Origin: Pedobacter sp. | Lineage (GTDB): Bacteria; Desulfobacterota; Desulfuromonadia; Desulfuromonadales; Syntrophotaleaceae | Assembly: GCA_050253415.1 (NCBI GenBank) | Contig: JBFWJC010000002.1 | Location: 32,001-96,000, forward strand | Direction: 5' to 3' | DNA: 64,000 nt | The notes under the pieces: model-generated | Databases searched by the model: none | Seen by the model: only the letters and a program-made list of their open reading frames with translations | What the model was told of the DNA's origin: nothing | Shown here: positions 1 to 9,163 of the stretch, piece by piece | Layout: each line of letters opens with the position of its first letter | How positions within the stretch are numbered: position 1 is the stretch's first letter | Position numbers and translations under genes: made by a program

Positions 1-1198
1 CACCACGCTCATTCTTTTTTTGACGCTCCGTTTGCTCTGTTTTGCGTTTTTTTATACGCCCAGCAACATGCTTTTGTGTCTCTTCGTTCATAGGGTCCAG
101 ATAATTCAACAAAGGGGAACCGGACTTCCACTTGCGTTTATCAATTATGTAACGGTCATTTACTCCATCCTCTGGGTGCTTCATTGCATGAAGGACGAGG
201 TTTTGTGTATCAGTGCTTCGCCCAGCATGGGTGACTATTATTTGGGGATCGAACCCAGCAAGATTTGCTGCCGTCTTGAGAATAGTAAGGAAATTGCTGT
301 AACTAACAGCCTTGCCTTGGTGTTTTTGGTGTCGTTTTAGGTTCACGAAGAAAGGAACCAGAAGCCGCCCTAGGCGCTGTTCTAAAGGAGTTCTTTCGAG
401 ATTGATATAGTCTTGCAGAATGCGTGCAGTATCCGGGTTACTAAAGTGGACCCAACCAATTTCGCTCTGAGTCACCTTTCCCTTTGACCGTGTTGGCCGA
501 ACCTTTGCTTCATAGGGGTCGAACCCGTCAGCTTCAATGCTAAGGACTTCGTCTATTCGTAAGCCCTCCAAAGTCAAGGCGAAGATGGCCCTGTCTCGCA
601 ATGTCCGAAAGCAAGCCATAATGCCGTTGACCTGGTCTTGGCTATAGTGCTTGAGTTTTTTATGCTTGGGTGGGTCAGGTAAACCCAAGAGGTTAATGTT
701 ATCAAGGTATTGATTGGTCTCGATTTCCCAAATTTGGCCATAAACATAACTCTGCTTTGAGCGCTTATAGCCTTTTGCTTCGCGGGTTTTTCTAGATACA
801 GGCTCGTTTTCGTCAATATTACCGTCCATATGCTTGTAAAGCTCCTTCAGGACAGTAATGTATGTCTTTAGGGTGGGGAGGTCGACCTGTGGATTAAGGG
901 ACACCACCTGTTCTTTCAAGTCAGCCCCCATGCCGATGGTTCGCAAGTATACGTTGACATCCTTCTTGGTGGCATCAGTAAAAGTCTTGTTGCGCCCAAG
1001 GAGAAAATTCAACCATGGAACGATAATGTTGCCGTAAGTACGGGCGGTGCCGATAGACCTCAGCGCCTTAGATATGAGAAATGAGTTAATCTCAGCTACG
1101 AGCATAAGGTCGGGGTCTTCCACAATGCAGACCTCAACCTCCCTCTCTTTTATCGAGAAAACAGCGTTCACCAATCTATACCTACCCTTGTTACTCAC
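1..1198 (-). CDS. Tyrosine recombinase, Tn554 TnpA-like; 3' end runs off the window edge
   Basis: Hand translation (not in ORF track): GTG at 1198 after RBS GAGGAGGAG, open to position 1 (~399 aa). Motifs RDRAIFALTLEGLRIDEVL (Arg box), RSKGK (Lys), THAGR (HxxR), KWKS (H/W position), LNYL (Tyr). N-terminus IVEDPDLMLVAEINSFL..SIGTARTYG resembles the TnpA N-terminal region. Confidence 0.9.
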   Translation of the reverse strand, partial: MSNKGRYRLVNAVFSIKEREVEVCIVEDPDLMLVAEINSFLISKALRSIGTARTYGNIIVPWLNFLLGRNKTFTDATKKDVNVYLRTIGMGADLKEQVVSLNPQVDLPTLKTYITVLKELYKHMDGNIDENEPVSRKTREAKGYKRSKQSYVYGQIWEIETNQYLDNINLLGLPDPPKHKKLKHYSQDQVNGIMACFRTLRDRAIFALTLEGLRIDEVLSIEADGFDPYEAKVRPTRSKGKVTQSEIGWVHFSNPDTARILQDYINLERTPLEQRLGRLLVPFFVNLKRHQKHQGKAVSYSNFLTILKTAANLAGFDPQIIVTHAGRSTDTQNLVLHAMKHPEDGVNDRYIIDKRKWKSGSPLLNYLDPMNEETQKHVAGRIKKRKTEQTERQKKNERG

Positions 1199-1296
1199 GC
1201 TCTCCTCCTCGTTCCGTTTCCCGAGGGTAAACATTAACCTTCTGCAATAAACCAACAAGACTTCTTTAACACAAAAATTCACGATAGTAAACAAAA

Positions 1297-1322
1297 AAGG
1301 TGCCTATAAATACAGGCACCTT
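1297..1322 (-). terminator. Intrinsic terminator inside the element end, between the pncB fragment and the integrase
   Basis: Minus strand AAGGTGCCT-gtatttat-AGGCACCTT followed by further Ts. Confidence 0.65.
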
Positions 1323-1330
1323 CAGGATTA

Positions 1331-1374
1331 TTTATTGTGAAATTGGTTTATTGTGAAGAGTTTATCAACTAAAC
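1331..1374. repeat. Element-end repeats (candidate recombinase binding sites)
   Basis: TTTATTGTGAA at 1331-1341 and 1347-1357; GTTTA-tcaac-TAAAC at 1360-1374; CAATAAACCAA (1245-1255) is the exact inverse of TTGGTTTATTG (1343-1353). Confidence 0.6.
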
Positions 1375-2052
1375 ATGAGCCATGGTGCCGACCGGTGGCA
1401 AACCCAGTTGGCGGGCCAGGTGCATGTTGCTGGTTCCCGCCAGGTAGTCCGGAATTTCACGGTTGAGGATATCCAGTACCCGTTCCTGCCACTGGCGGTT
1501 GAAGCGGCGGCGGGTGCCGAAGTCGATAATCCGCAGTCCGTCCAGCTGGCCGCGCTGCTGCAACAGTGCGATCTTTTCGAAAAGGCGCCGCTGTCCCGTA
1601 GCATAATCGGGCCGGGGGTAGGCGGCTCTGGTATGGACCTCGTTGATGATCGACAGGCCGTAGATTTCAAAGAGGGTGACCTGCAGCAGGGGACCGTGCA
1701 GGCGCAGCTCGATGTTCTCGCTGTCAGGGCGCAGCGAGAGGTGGTTCATCTCGAGACGCACCGTGGCCAGATAGTCCAGGAAATCAGGTTTGAAATAGCC
1801 CAGGGTCGCCAGGTAGCGAATTTCGTCGTCTTGAAAGCGTAGCGAGCACAGATGCTCGAATTGGCGACGGATCTCCGGGATCAACCGCCGGAGTTGCTTG
1901 TTTTCGGGATTCCGGCACTTGAATTTCCATTCGGTGTCAGCCCCCTCGAATGCACTGCAGTGGTAAAAGGCCTGCAACATGGTGAGCTTGTACAGGTCCG
2001 TATCCAGCAGGGTCTCGATAATCCAGGGCATGTTTTGTGTCTGTGCGGTCAT
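1369..2052 (-). pseudogene. pncB: Nicotinate phosphoribosyltransferase, 5' fragment truncated by insertion
   Basis: LLDTDLYKLTMLQ, DFGTRRR, GTSN and PVGTMAH motifs; stops two codons after the conserved His (GTMAHV*), ~227 aa against roughly 400 aa for a full-length enzyme. Likely ATG 2052 after GGAG. Confidence 0.9.
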
Positions 2053-2266
2053 TGTCATCTCCGGAAGAGGTGAACTGAACGTTACCATATCCTTTGCAAG
2101 GGAAAAACCCGTTTTGCGCAAAAAGGTCCGGAGCGCAGCTAGTGGACGGGGCCAAATTTTTAAGGGACAATGGCTTATGAGAGAAAGACCAAGGGGATTT
2201 CGAAGTTCGGCTGGTATCGGTCCGGGCGCATTCATGGAATAGGCATTTCATCCAGGGGATTTTATC

Positions 2267-2575
2267 ATGGTAAGAGTTTATAGCTCGCAAATACTTGCTT
2301 TAGTGGAAAATATGAAGAACCTACTCGCGATTCAAGGCATCGGTTCCAAGATCACCAATCAATATTTGAGCGCAGCGGTTGGCGAAATCCCCCCTATCGA
2401 AGCCTGGCCTCAATTGTGGGTCTCGGATGAAGACGCCGATCTTGCAAAAAAGATCGTCGAAGATGCCCTCAAGGATCACCCTGAATACAATGAGGTCCGG
2501 ATCTGCCCCCATTGCGGAGAGGAAGTCGAAGGCCAATTCGCCGAGTGTTGGAATTGTGGAACAAGGCTGGATTGA
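2267..2575 (+). CDS. DUF2007 domain protein with C-terminal zinc ribbon
   Basis: L..GI..I.NQYLS.AVGEIP..E.WP.LWV pattern plus CPHC..CWNC. Confidence 0.75.
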   Translation: MVRVYSSQILALVENMKNLLAIQGIGSKITNQYLSAAVGEIPPIEAWPQLWVSDEDADLAKKIVEDALKDHPEYNEVRICPHCGEEVEGQFAECWNCGTRLD

Positions 2576-2775
2576 AGGTTGGATTCCGAGAGGTGTAGGT
2601 CGGAAACGAGGCCGGAGGGGGAGGTCGAAAGGTGCAGCGGTACCCCTGTCATTGGTGGATCTAAATAAAACTTGTGAGAATTAATGAAGATACCTAATAT
2701 AGGACATGGTGCGCGGCGCAATGAGATGCGGCCGCACCCGGTTTCTCCGTTTTATAAAGAATAGAGGTTTGCAAC

Positions 2776-3372
2776 TTGCCATCCGCTATAAATCATGCCG
2801 TCGTCGGCATTTCATTGGGCCTGGCGATCTCAAAGGGTAAAGCTCCCAAGCGATTTTGGGTATTGTCGATAATTTGCGCGATGTTGGCCGATCTCGATGT
2901 CCTTACGTTTAAGTTCGGGATCTCCTATGCCAGCCTTTGGGGACACAGGGGCTTCTTTCATTCGATATTTTTCTCGTCCTTATTTGGTTTTTTAATCGCC
3001 ACTGTCTTTTTTCGAAAACATGGGATGTTTTCAAAAAGATGGCTGGTTTATTCGCTGTACTTTTCGGCAGTGACATCGACCCACGGCGTGCTCGACGCCT
3101 TCACCAATGGCGGACTCGGCGTCGCTCTTTTATCCCCCTTTGATGATAAACGTTACTTTTTTTGGGCTACTCCCATTTCGGTTTCCCCCCTGAGTGTCAA
3201 AGCTTTCTTCGCTGGAAGAGGTCCGGGGATTCTAAAGAATGAATTTATGTGGGTTTGGTTACCCTCCCTTTTCATGGCGCTAATCGGCAAGTTAAGCTTT
3301 TCGCACAGCGGGTTGGACGACAGTGACCCCGGTGGAATGAGTCGGCCGTCAAAGGCATCCATGCAAAAATGA
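2776..3372 (+). CDS. Membrane-bound metal-dependent hydrolase (YdjM-like)
   Basis: N-terminal His, LADLD, GHRGFFHS and HGVLDAFTNGG motifs; TTG start. Confidence 0.85.
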   Translation: MPSAINHAVVGISLGLAISKGKAPKRFWVLSIICAMLADLDVLTFKFGISYASLWGHRGFFHSIFFSSLFGFLIATVFFRKHGMFSKRWLVYSLYFSAVTSTHGVLDAFTNGGLGVALLSPFDDKRYFFWATPISVSPLSVKAFFAGRGPGILKNEFMWVWLPSLFMALIGKLSFSHSGLDDSDPGGMSRPSKASMQK

Positions 3373-3503
3373 AAAGCAGTCCCGAAACTCGGTGAGCATC
3401 TGGCCGGTCGTTTGTGGCCCATCGGTCCGGGGCGTATAGCGGGGTTCGCAGAACTCTATCCGGCGGTATTATCGCAGATCTTTTATCTTCATCAGGAGTC
3501 CAT

Positions 3504-3734
3504 GTGGAAACGGAATTTCTCGCTGCATCCATCATTAATCTCGTCATAAATCTGCTTTATACCCTTTTGGCATTGGTGGTCGGGGTCTATGCTCTATTGT
3601 GGATCGATAAGAAGCTGCTGAAAAACATTGATTTCGAAGAAGAGTTGAAAAAAGGCAACCTGGCCGTGGCCGTATTTGTTTCGACGATTTTAATTTTTAT
3701 AGCGATTATGATCGCTTTTGGCTTCCGTGGCTAG
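3504..3734 (+). CDS. DUF350 family small membrane protein
   Basis: GTG at 3504 after AGGAG; two TM segments around IDFEEELKKGNLAVA. Confidence 0.75.
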   Translation: METEFLAASIINLVINLLYTLLALVVGVYALLWIDKKLLKNIDFEEELKKGNLAVAVFVSTILIFIAIMIAFGFRG

Positions 3735-4572
3735 AAAGAGATCGACAGGCCGGCGGGCGGGAATCTTTTTCCTCTTATGTATTATTTTGTGGTTCCTGGC
3801 CTTTTTAAATTCGATAAAACGCGAGTGGGAGTCGGATTTTGAACTGAACCGGAAGATCGATGCTTCCCTGTCGGCGTTAAACGGGCAGGATCTGGGCCTG
3901 AAGGACGGCGCATTCAGTCTTGAGATCTTGCCGGGTAATGGTATGAAACGCACCGCTCGTCAGATAGAGCTGATGTTGCGTGCTACCGGAGACCGGAGCG
4001 GGACCTTTACCTTTGAGGATAGGATTGCCGGAATCTTTACCATGTCGGCCCAGGCGATCGATCGGCGACAGTATCTGGTAAATGCCTTTCTGGAAGGGTA
4101 TGAACCCTTCAGGGTTGATAATGTGATACTCCCTTTGTATGTCCTGGCGCAGCGCAAGAGCTATCAGTTGGACGTGGAGCAATACGCGGGTCGGGAAGAG
4201 GTATGGCAGTCGAGTCGACAGGCCTATTTTTATCCACGGGGGGATTGCGAAGACCACGCGATTTTGCTTGCCGATTGGCTGATTTCCATGGGAGAAGACG
4301 CCCGGGTTGTCGTCGGAGAGATGCGGGGTGGTGGTCATGCCTGGGTCGTTTTGTTTAAAAACGGCAATGAATATTTGCTGGAAGCGACGACAAAGAATGG
4401 GATTTCGCGCCACAAACCTTATCCCCTGGCGGCTCTATTTGCCGGATACTGTCCCGCATATATGTTTAACCGGGAGTCCTTTTGGGAAAACACCGGCATG
4501 AAATTCACCACCAAATATTCAGGCAAGCACTGGGTGCGGAAAAGTTTTCTGCGATTTGAGGCGGAACCTTAA
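3718..4572 (+). CDS. Transglutaminase-like cysteine peptidase with N-terminal membrane anchor
   Basis: GDCEDHA (Cys), GHAWV (His), LLEAT; hydrophobic N-terminal segment. Confidence 0.8.
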   Translation: MASVARKRSTGRRAGIFFLLCIILWFLAFLNSIKREWESDFELNRKIDASLSALNGQDLGLKDGAFSLEILPGNGMKRTARQIELMLRATGDRSGTFTFEDRIAGIFTMSAQAIDRRQYLVNAFLEGYEPFRVDNVILPLYVLAQRKSYQLDVEQYAGREEVWQSSRQAYFYPRGDCEDHAILLADWLISMGEDARVVVGEMRGGGHAWVVLFKNGNEYLLEATTKNGISRHKPYPLAALFAGYCPAYMFNRESFWENTGMKFTTKYSGKHWVRKSFLRFEAEP

Positions 4573-4770
4573 GAACGCAAACGAGGCGTTGAAAGAATAA
4601 GTAAAAGCAGGTCCACAAAAATAAGGAAATAAGATAAAGGTTATTTTATGGAAGTGTATGCGAAGTCAATTGGCGACAGACTTGATAGGGTTTTTAAAAT
4701 TATCGCGTGAACCTCTTAAATTTTAGGTAATCAAATAGGTAATGAATACAAGCAAATAAGGATATTTTCG

Positions 4771-5223
4771 ATGATGCGTTTTGATGGTGTACTTGGTTCA
4801 ATCATGATTTTTTGGAGTGAAAGTTTTCACTATATCTTTACATATTCCATTTATGCACTAATTGTGTGCAGCATCATTTTATTTGTTGAAATTAAAATTC
4901 CAAGTAACGATGTCGGGTTAATAAAGTTGGCATTATCAAATTTAATTATGGCAACTATATCAGTTGTGTTAATAACTCTATCAATGCTCGCAGTCGGTTG
5001 GTTGCCGTGGAGTTTAGGTGGAGAGTTGGGGAAACTTATTTTTACCGTAATTTTTATGTTTGTAGTGCTTTTATTTGTAAAACTTTATATTGTAAATAGT
5101 TGTCGTATCCCATATTCCCTCCCGTTTTTATCTAGTGTAGTAACGACATTGTTCCTGTTAGCTCCGTATATAGCCTTTAATACTTTTGTATTTATGCTGG
5201 GATCCGGAGGTTGGCAGAATTAA
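4771..5223 (+). CDS. Hypothetical AT-rich membrane protein (about 4 TM)
   Basis: 150-aa hydrophobic ORF after AAGGA in a low-GC patch; family not recognised. Confidence 0.55.
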   Translation: MMRFDGVLGSIMIFWSESFHYIFTYSIYALIVCSIILFVEIKIPSNDVGLIKLALSNLIMATISVVLITLSMLAVGWLPWSLGGELGKLIFTVIFMFVVLLFVKLYIVNSCRIPYSLPFLSSVVTTLFLLAPYIAFNTFVFMLGSGGWQN

Positions 5224-5499
5224 AAGTGTAAGGAACTTGTCTGGCAGGGTGCACTAACGATGAAAAGAAAGTGCCGTTGCAGAGGGGATGATGGTGCTGA
5301 ACGTGCCTCTTCCGATTATCGACTGTTTCGCTTGGGCCTGATTCACGTGGCACCGGTGGCGGGAGATTCCACATATAACACCGGAATCATCGAGCGCTGT
5401 ACCGAATGGGCTGCGTCTCAAGGGACCCTCGGCCAGGGGGCGGTCAAAAGGCGCTCTGCGCCGTTCGCCTCGAAACCGGTTCTCCATGTTATATTTTCG

Positions 5500-5660
5500 A
5501 AGCAGGTCTTCCGCCTGCCGGCTCAAACCTACTCGCCACGTTTTCGTGCAGCAATGCTGCATAGGCTTTTGGTGGCTTTTGCAGCCGGTCACGCGGCGGG
5601 TGCGCTCCCGGTTTGCAGGGCATTCCCTTTATCGCCTTTCTTATAGGTTATTTGTTCCGA
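5500..5660 (-). promoter_or_regulatory. Degenerate cobalamin (B12) riboswitch
   Basis: Minus strand AAAGGGAAtgccctgcaaaccgggagcgcaCCCGCCGCgtgaCCGG..AAAGCCAC..CGTGGCGAGTAGG..gaGCCGG..GAAGACCTGC follows the order of cobalamin-riboswitch blocks with several substitutions. Confidence 0.7.
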
Positions 5661-5771
5661 ATTTAGGATGTTTGGCAAATGACTTATATTCATGTATATC
5701 TTTAATATGTCATTCATGCCAGTTAACCTCTGAAGCTAATGCGTTGCTATAGCTGAGAAAAGGAGTTCATC

Positions 5772-6203
5772 ATGCCGACTATCATGGAAACCATTGCCGC
5801 CGATCCCTCCTTGAAAACCCTCAAAAAAGCGTTGGGAATTGTCGGAGGAGTTCGTGAGAGGTTGGAGAGAACTGGAACCTTGACCTTTTTTGCTCCCAAC
5901 GATGAGGCCTTTGCACGGCTTAACATGGAACAGATTCTGGGCGATACTGCCAAATTGACGGATATTTTGAATTACCATCTGGTGGGGGAAAAGCATTTTC
6001 AAAAGGAGATGGATGTGAAAAATCTGGATTCCCTGGTGACCGAACTGGGCAAGAGTCTTTCCATCTATCTGGATGAAAACGAGATCATGATCGACAATGC
6101 CCACCTCATCACCACCGATATCGAGTGCAGTAACGGCGTGATCCACATCATTGACAATGTCTTTTTACCGCAGCATTCCGGGTGGTATGAAACCCTGGCC
6201 TGA
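5772..6203 (+). CDS. Fasciclin (FAS1) domain protein
   Basis: TFFAPNDEAF, ILNYH and SNGVIHIIDNV motifs; RBS AAGGAG. Confidence 0.93.
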   Translation: MPTIMETIAADPSLKTLKKALGIVGGVRERLERTGTLTFFAPNDEAFARLNMEQILGDTAKLTDILNYHLVGEKHFQKEMDVKNLDSLVTELGKSLSIYLDENEIMIDNAHLITTDIECSNGVIHIIDNVFLPQHSGWYETLA

Positions 6204-6221
6204 GAGCAGGGGACATCATAT

Positions 6222-6254
6222 AAAAAAAGGGCGGCTTTTCAGCCGCCCTTTTTT
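6222..6254. terminator. Bidirectional intrinsic terminator
   Basis: A-tract GGGCGGCT-tttc-AGCCGCCC T-tract between convergent genes. Confidence 0.85.
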
Positions 6255-6269
6255 ATATTTGTTATATGA

Positions 6270-7067
6270 TTACTTGCCCCAGGATTTAAGTCGCTGTTTG
6301 GCGGTCTGGGCTTCCTCGGACAAGGGGAAACTCTTAGTCAGTTTTTCCAGTATGGCAATGGCGCTTTTGCGGTCGCCCAATTGCTCAAACGTCAGTCCTT
6401 GTTTGAGATAGGCCGCAGCGGCTTTTGGGTGTTCCCCGTAGGTTTGGATGACTTCCTCAAATTGCAGGATGGCTTTTTCATATTCTTTTTCGCCAAGGTA
6501 CGATTCCCCTATCCAGTAAGCGGCATTCGATGCCAGGGCATGTTTGGGGTTTTGTTGCAGGAAACCTTCCAGTTGTTTACGGCCGTTGGCATATTGCTTT
6601 TGTTTGCGAATCATGTCCACGGCTTGCAAATAAACGGTCTCAGGCTGCGTTGCGGTTGCAACTGAGGTTTGAGCGGCACCGGTGGTGCTGACCGCAGCGG
6701 GTGGCTGCCCTTCCAGGGCACTGATGCGTAGACCCAGATCGTCGCGAACCAGGGCCAGTTCTTCCTGCAGTTCATTGCGCTGCTGCTCGATATCGGCAAA
6801 GCGGCCGTTGACGCTCTGCAGTTCGAGGCGCAGGTTGTCCAGGTCAGCCTGGGTCTTTGCCTGTTGTTGCGTGAGGGTATCCAGGCGTTGGCGCGTTTGC
6901 CCGACCCGGTCGGACTGCTGAGAGGCAAGCTCGCGTTCGGTCGCGGCCAGGCGGCGTTTCATTTCTGCCAGATCACGTCCCATGGCCAGTTCCTGCTGGG
7001 AGGCGATGCAACCCGGTAAAAGGGTGAGTACAGCCAGAAGCAACACAGCAAATTTAAGATTTTTCAT
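6270..7067 (-). CDS. cpoB: Tol-Pal associated TPR protein YbgF/CpoB
   Basis: Lipoprotein signal, coiled coil, TPR NAAYWIGESY; last gene of the tol-pal cluster. Confidence 0.9.
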   Translation of the reverse strand: MKNLKFAVLLLAVLTLLPGCIASQQELAMGRDLAEMKRRLAATERELASQQSDRVGQTRQRLDTLTQQQAKTQADLDNLRLELQSVNGRFADIEQQRNELQEELALVRDDLGLRISALEGQPPAAVSTTGAAQTSVATATQPETVYLQAVDMIRKQKQYANGRKQLEGFLQQNPKHALASNAAYWIGESYLGEKEYEKAILQFEEVIQTYGEHPKAAAAYLKQGLTFEQLGDRKSAIAILEKLTKSFPLSEEAQTAKQRLKSWGK

Positions 7068-7136
7068 GACAATCGGTCCTCATTTTTTGAGGGTGGCGGG
7101 TCGGTTTGGCCGACCCGCCTTGGACATAATGCTAAA

Positions 7137-7700
7137 TCAGGGGATGATTTTGAATTCTGCACGCCGGTTCATGGCGTAAGCGGCTTCATTCTGGGCCGGA
7201 TCAAGAGGCATTTCCTCGCCGTAGGAAATCACGCTCAGGCGATCTTTAGCGACTCCCAGGGACTCAAGATAGTTCTGAGTAGCCAGGGCGCGACGCTCAC
7301 CGAGAGCCAGGTTGTATTCATCCGAACCGCGCTCGTCGCAGTAACCTTCGATACGAATTTTCTGCTCGGAGTTGGCTTTGAGGTAATTTGCATTATTGAC
7401 CAGAGTGGCCTGAGCTTCGGGGCTCAGGTCGTAACGGTCAAAGTTGAAGTAGATGCGTTCCAGGGAAGAAACGGCTTGGGGCATACCCATGGCGTTTTCA
7501 TCGCCAACCATGCCTTCGCCAATACCTGTTTCCCCTGCGCCCATCTCTTCAACACCCTGTGTAACCTGTTGTGCTCCTGCCTGATCTGCTGCTGTTGCAG
7601 TCGTTGCGGCTGGTTTTTTGGCGCAGCCTACGGCCAACATGGCAGCAAAGACCATCATCAACAACACCTGCATAGAATTCCTTACACCTGCGCGCTTCAT
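7137..7700 (-). CDS. pal: Peptidoglycan-associated lipoprotein
   Basis: LAVGC lipobox; IYFNFD, EGYCDERGSDEYNLALGERRA, NRRAEF. Confidence 0.95.
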   Translation of the reverse strand: MKRAGVRNSMQVLLMMVFAAMLAVGCAKKPAATTATAADQAGAQQVTQGVEEMGAGETGIGEGMVGDENAMGMPQAVSSLERIYFNFDRYDLSPEAQATLVNNANYLKANSEQKIRIEGYCDERGSDEYNLALGERRALATQNYLESLGVAKDRLSVISYGEEMPLDPAQNEAAYAMNRRAEFKIIP

Positions 7701-7866
7701 GGTTTTGCTCCTTTAACTTTGTTGACAAAAAGGGGTTGAAGACAAAGAACAACTTCGGGAACACCCCGAAGATTTAGAAACCGTCCTATTAAAAATTAAC
7801 TAATGGTGCAACTTGCGGCACATTATACTTAAACGTCAAAAAAAAAAATAGGGGTATTTAAATGGG

Positions 7867-9159
7867 TCAACGCTGCCGGGACCACGCCGGGTGCTGGCTT
7901 TGTCCGCCGGTGGCGGAAATGCGCTGCATGCCTGTACCGTCCGCCCGCATGATATAAATTCCTCTGCTGCCATCCTGATCCGAAGAATACACCAGGAATC
8001 TTCCGTCCGGACTCCAGCGCGGATGTTCCTTGTTGCCCGGTCCGAAAGTCAGCCGCCGTTCATCGGTGCCATCGGGCCGAATGGTATAGATATCGAAAAC
8101 GTTGCCCTCCAGGCGGGTGAAGGCGATGCGGTCGCCATCGGGGCTCCAGGCCGGGGTGGCATTGTATTTACCGTTGCCGCTGATCCGCTTGGTCTGGCCG
8201 CTGAGCAGATCAAGCACAAAAATGTGCGGGTTGCCCTGCCGGTCGGAGACAAATGCAAGTTTATCGCCGGCTGGACTCCAGCTCGGATCGACATCGATGC
8301 CCCAATGGTTGGTAAGGCGTCGACGCTGACTGCCGTCGGTACCCAGCAGAACCAGTTCCGGATTGCCGCTTTCCGATTGGGTTAATGCAATTTCCCGACC
8401 GTCCGGCCGGAAACGTGCGGAAATATTCAATCCTTTTTTAAACGACAAGCGGGCTTCCTGGCCTGTGCCAAGGTATTTTCGATAGAGATCGGGGTTGCCG
8501 GGACGATAGGAAGTGAAGATCACTTCCCGGCCATTTGGCGAGAAGTCGGGGTTCAGGACGATGGAACGATGGTCCGTCAGGCGCAGCGAATTGGCCCCAT
8601 CGGTGTCCATCAGGTAGAGTTCCTTGTGTCCGCTGCGATTGTCGATGTAAGCGATACGTGAGCTGAATGGGCCCTCTTTGCCGGTAACGCTCTTCAGTAT
8701 CAGATCGGCAAATTTATGGGCCATGGTGCGCACGTCGCCTTGATAGCCGGAGTAACTCCGACCGGTAAGGAGTCGTCTGTGGATGACATCGAACAGGCGG
8801 AATTCAACCAGCAGACGGTCCCCCTGCATGCGATAACCGCCCTTGATAAGGATCTCTGTTCCCAAGAGGGACCACTGATTAAAATCGACCTGGGTGCTGG
8901 TCAGGCCGAGTCGCTGTGCATCATCCAGAAACGATGCAGGATCCAGCTGGCGGAACAGCCCCGACATGTCGAGATCATGGCTCATGACCTCGTGCAACTC
9001 CCTGGCTACGGCGGGTAACGGGGGCCCGGAAAGGGGCAACATCTCCGTATTGGCCACGGCAACGGTTTGCTGACCGGGGGCGCGAACTTCCACCTGTGCC
9101 ATGGCGGCGGTCGCCGACAGGCACAGCAGGGCAAACAACAGGCTTGCGAAACGGCGCAT
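7867..9159 (-). CDS. tolB: Tol-Pal beta-propeller protein TolB
   Basis: Repeated P.WSPDG (PD40) units; signal peptide from ATG 9159. Confidence 0.95.
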   Translation of the reverse strand: MRRFASLLFALLCLSATAAMAQVEVRAPGQQTVAVANTEMLPLSGPPLPAVARELHEVMSHDLDMSGLFRQLDPASFLDDAQRLGLTSTQVDFNQWSLLGTEILIKGGYRMQGDRLLVEFRLFDVIHRRLLTGRSYSGYQGDVRTMAHKFADLILKSVTGKEGPFSSRIAYIDNRSGHKELYLMDTDGANSLRLTDHRSIVLNPDFSPNGREVIFTSYRPGNPDLYRKYLGTGQEARLSFKKGLNISARFRPDGREIALTQSESGNPELVLLGTDGSQRRRLTNHWGIDVDPSWSPAGDKLAFVSDRQGNPHIFVLDLLSGQTKRISGNGKYNATPAWSPDGDRIAFTRLEGNVFDIYTIRPDGTDERRLTFGPGNKEHPRWSPDGRFLVYSSDQDGSRGIYIMRADGTGMQRISATGGQSQHPAWSRQR

Positions 9160-9163
9160 GGGC

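Larger units (their letters stand above)
1..1374. mobile_element. End of an integrated tyrosine-recombinase element inserted in pncB
   Basis: Abrupt shift to AT-richer sequence at ~1374, coinciding with truncation of pncB; integrase gene immediately inside; repeated end motifs at 1245-1374. Confidence 0.8.

Noticed and set aside
20..1250. ORF-track entries 20-340 (+), 574-816 (-) and 1047-1250 (+)
   Set aside because: Shadow or off-frame ORFs over the tyrosine recombinase gene, which the track missed because it has no stop inside the window.
1331..1376. Possible Tn7-like end (minus strand begins TGT, followed by repeats)
   Set aside because: The adjacent gene is a tyrosine recombinase, not TnsA/TnsB, and the repeats are short; the other end is not visible, so it cannot be fully excluded.
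5192..5752. Several short ORFs around the riboswitch relic, including a possible REP-associated transposase fragment
   Set aside because: No RBS or recognisable motifs; the resemblance to a transposase N-terminus is too weak to call.
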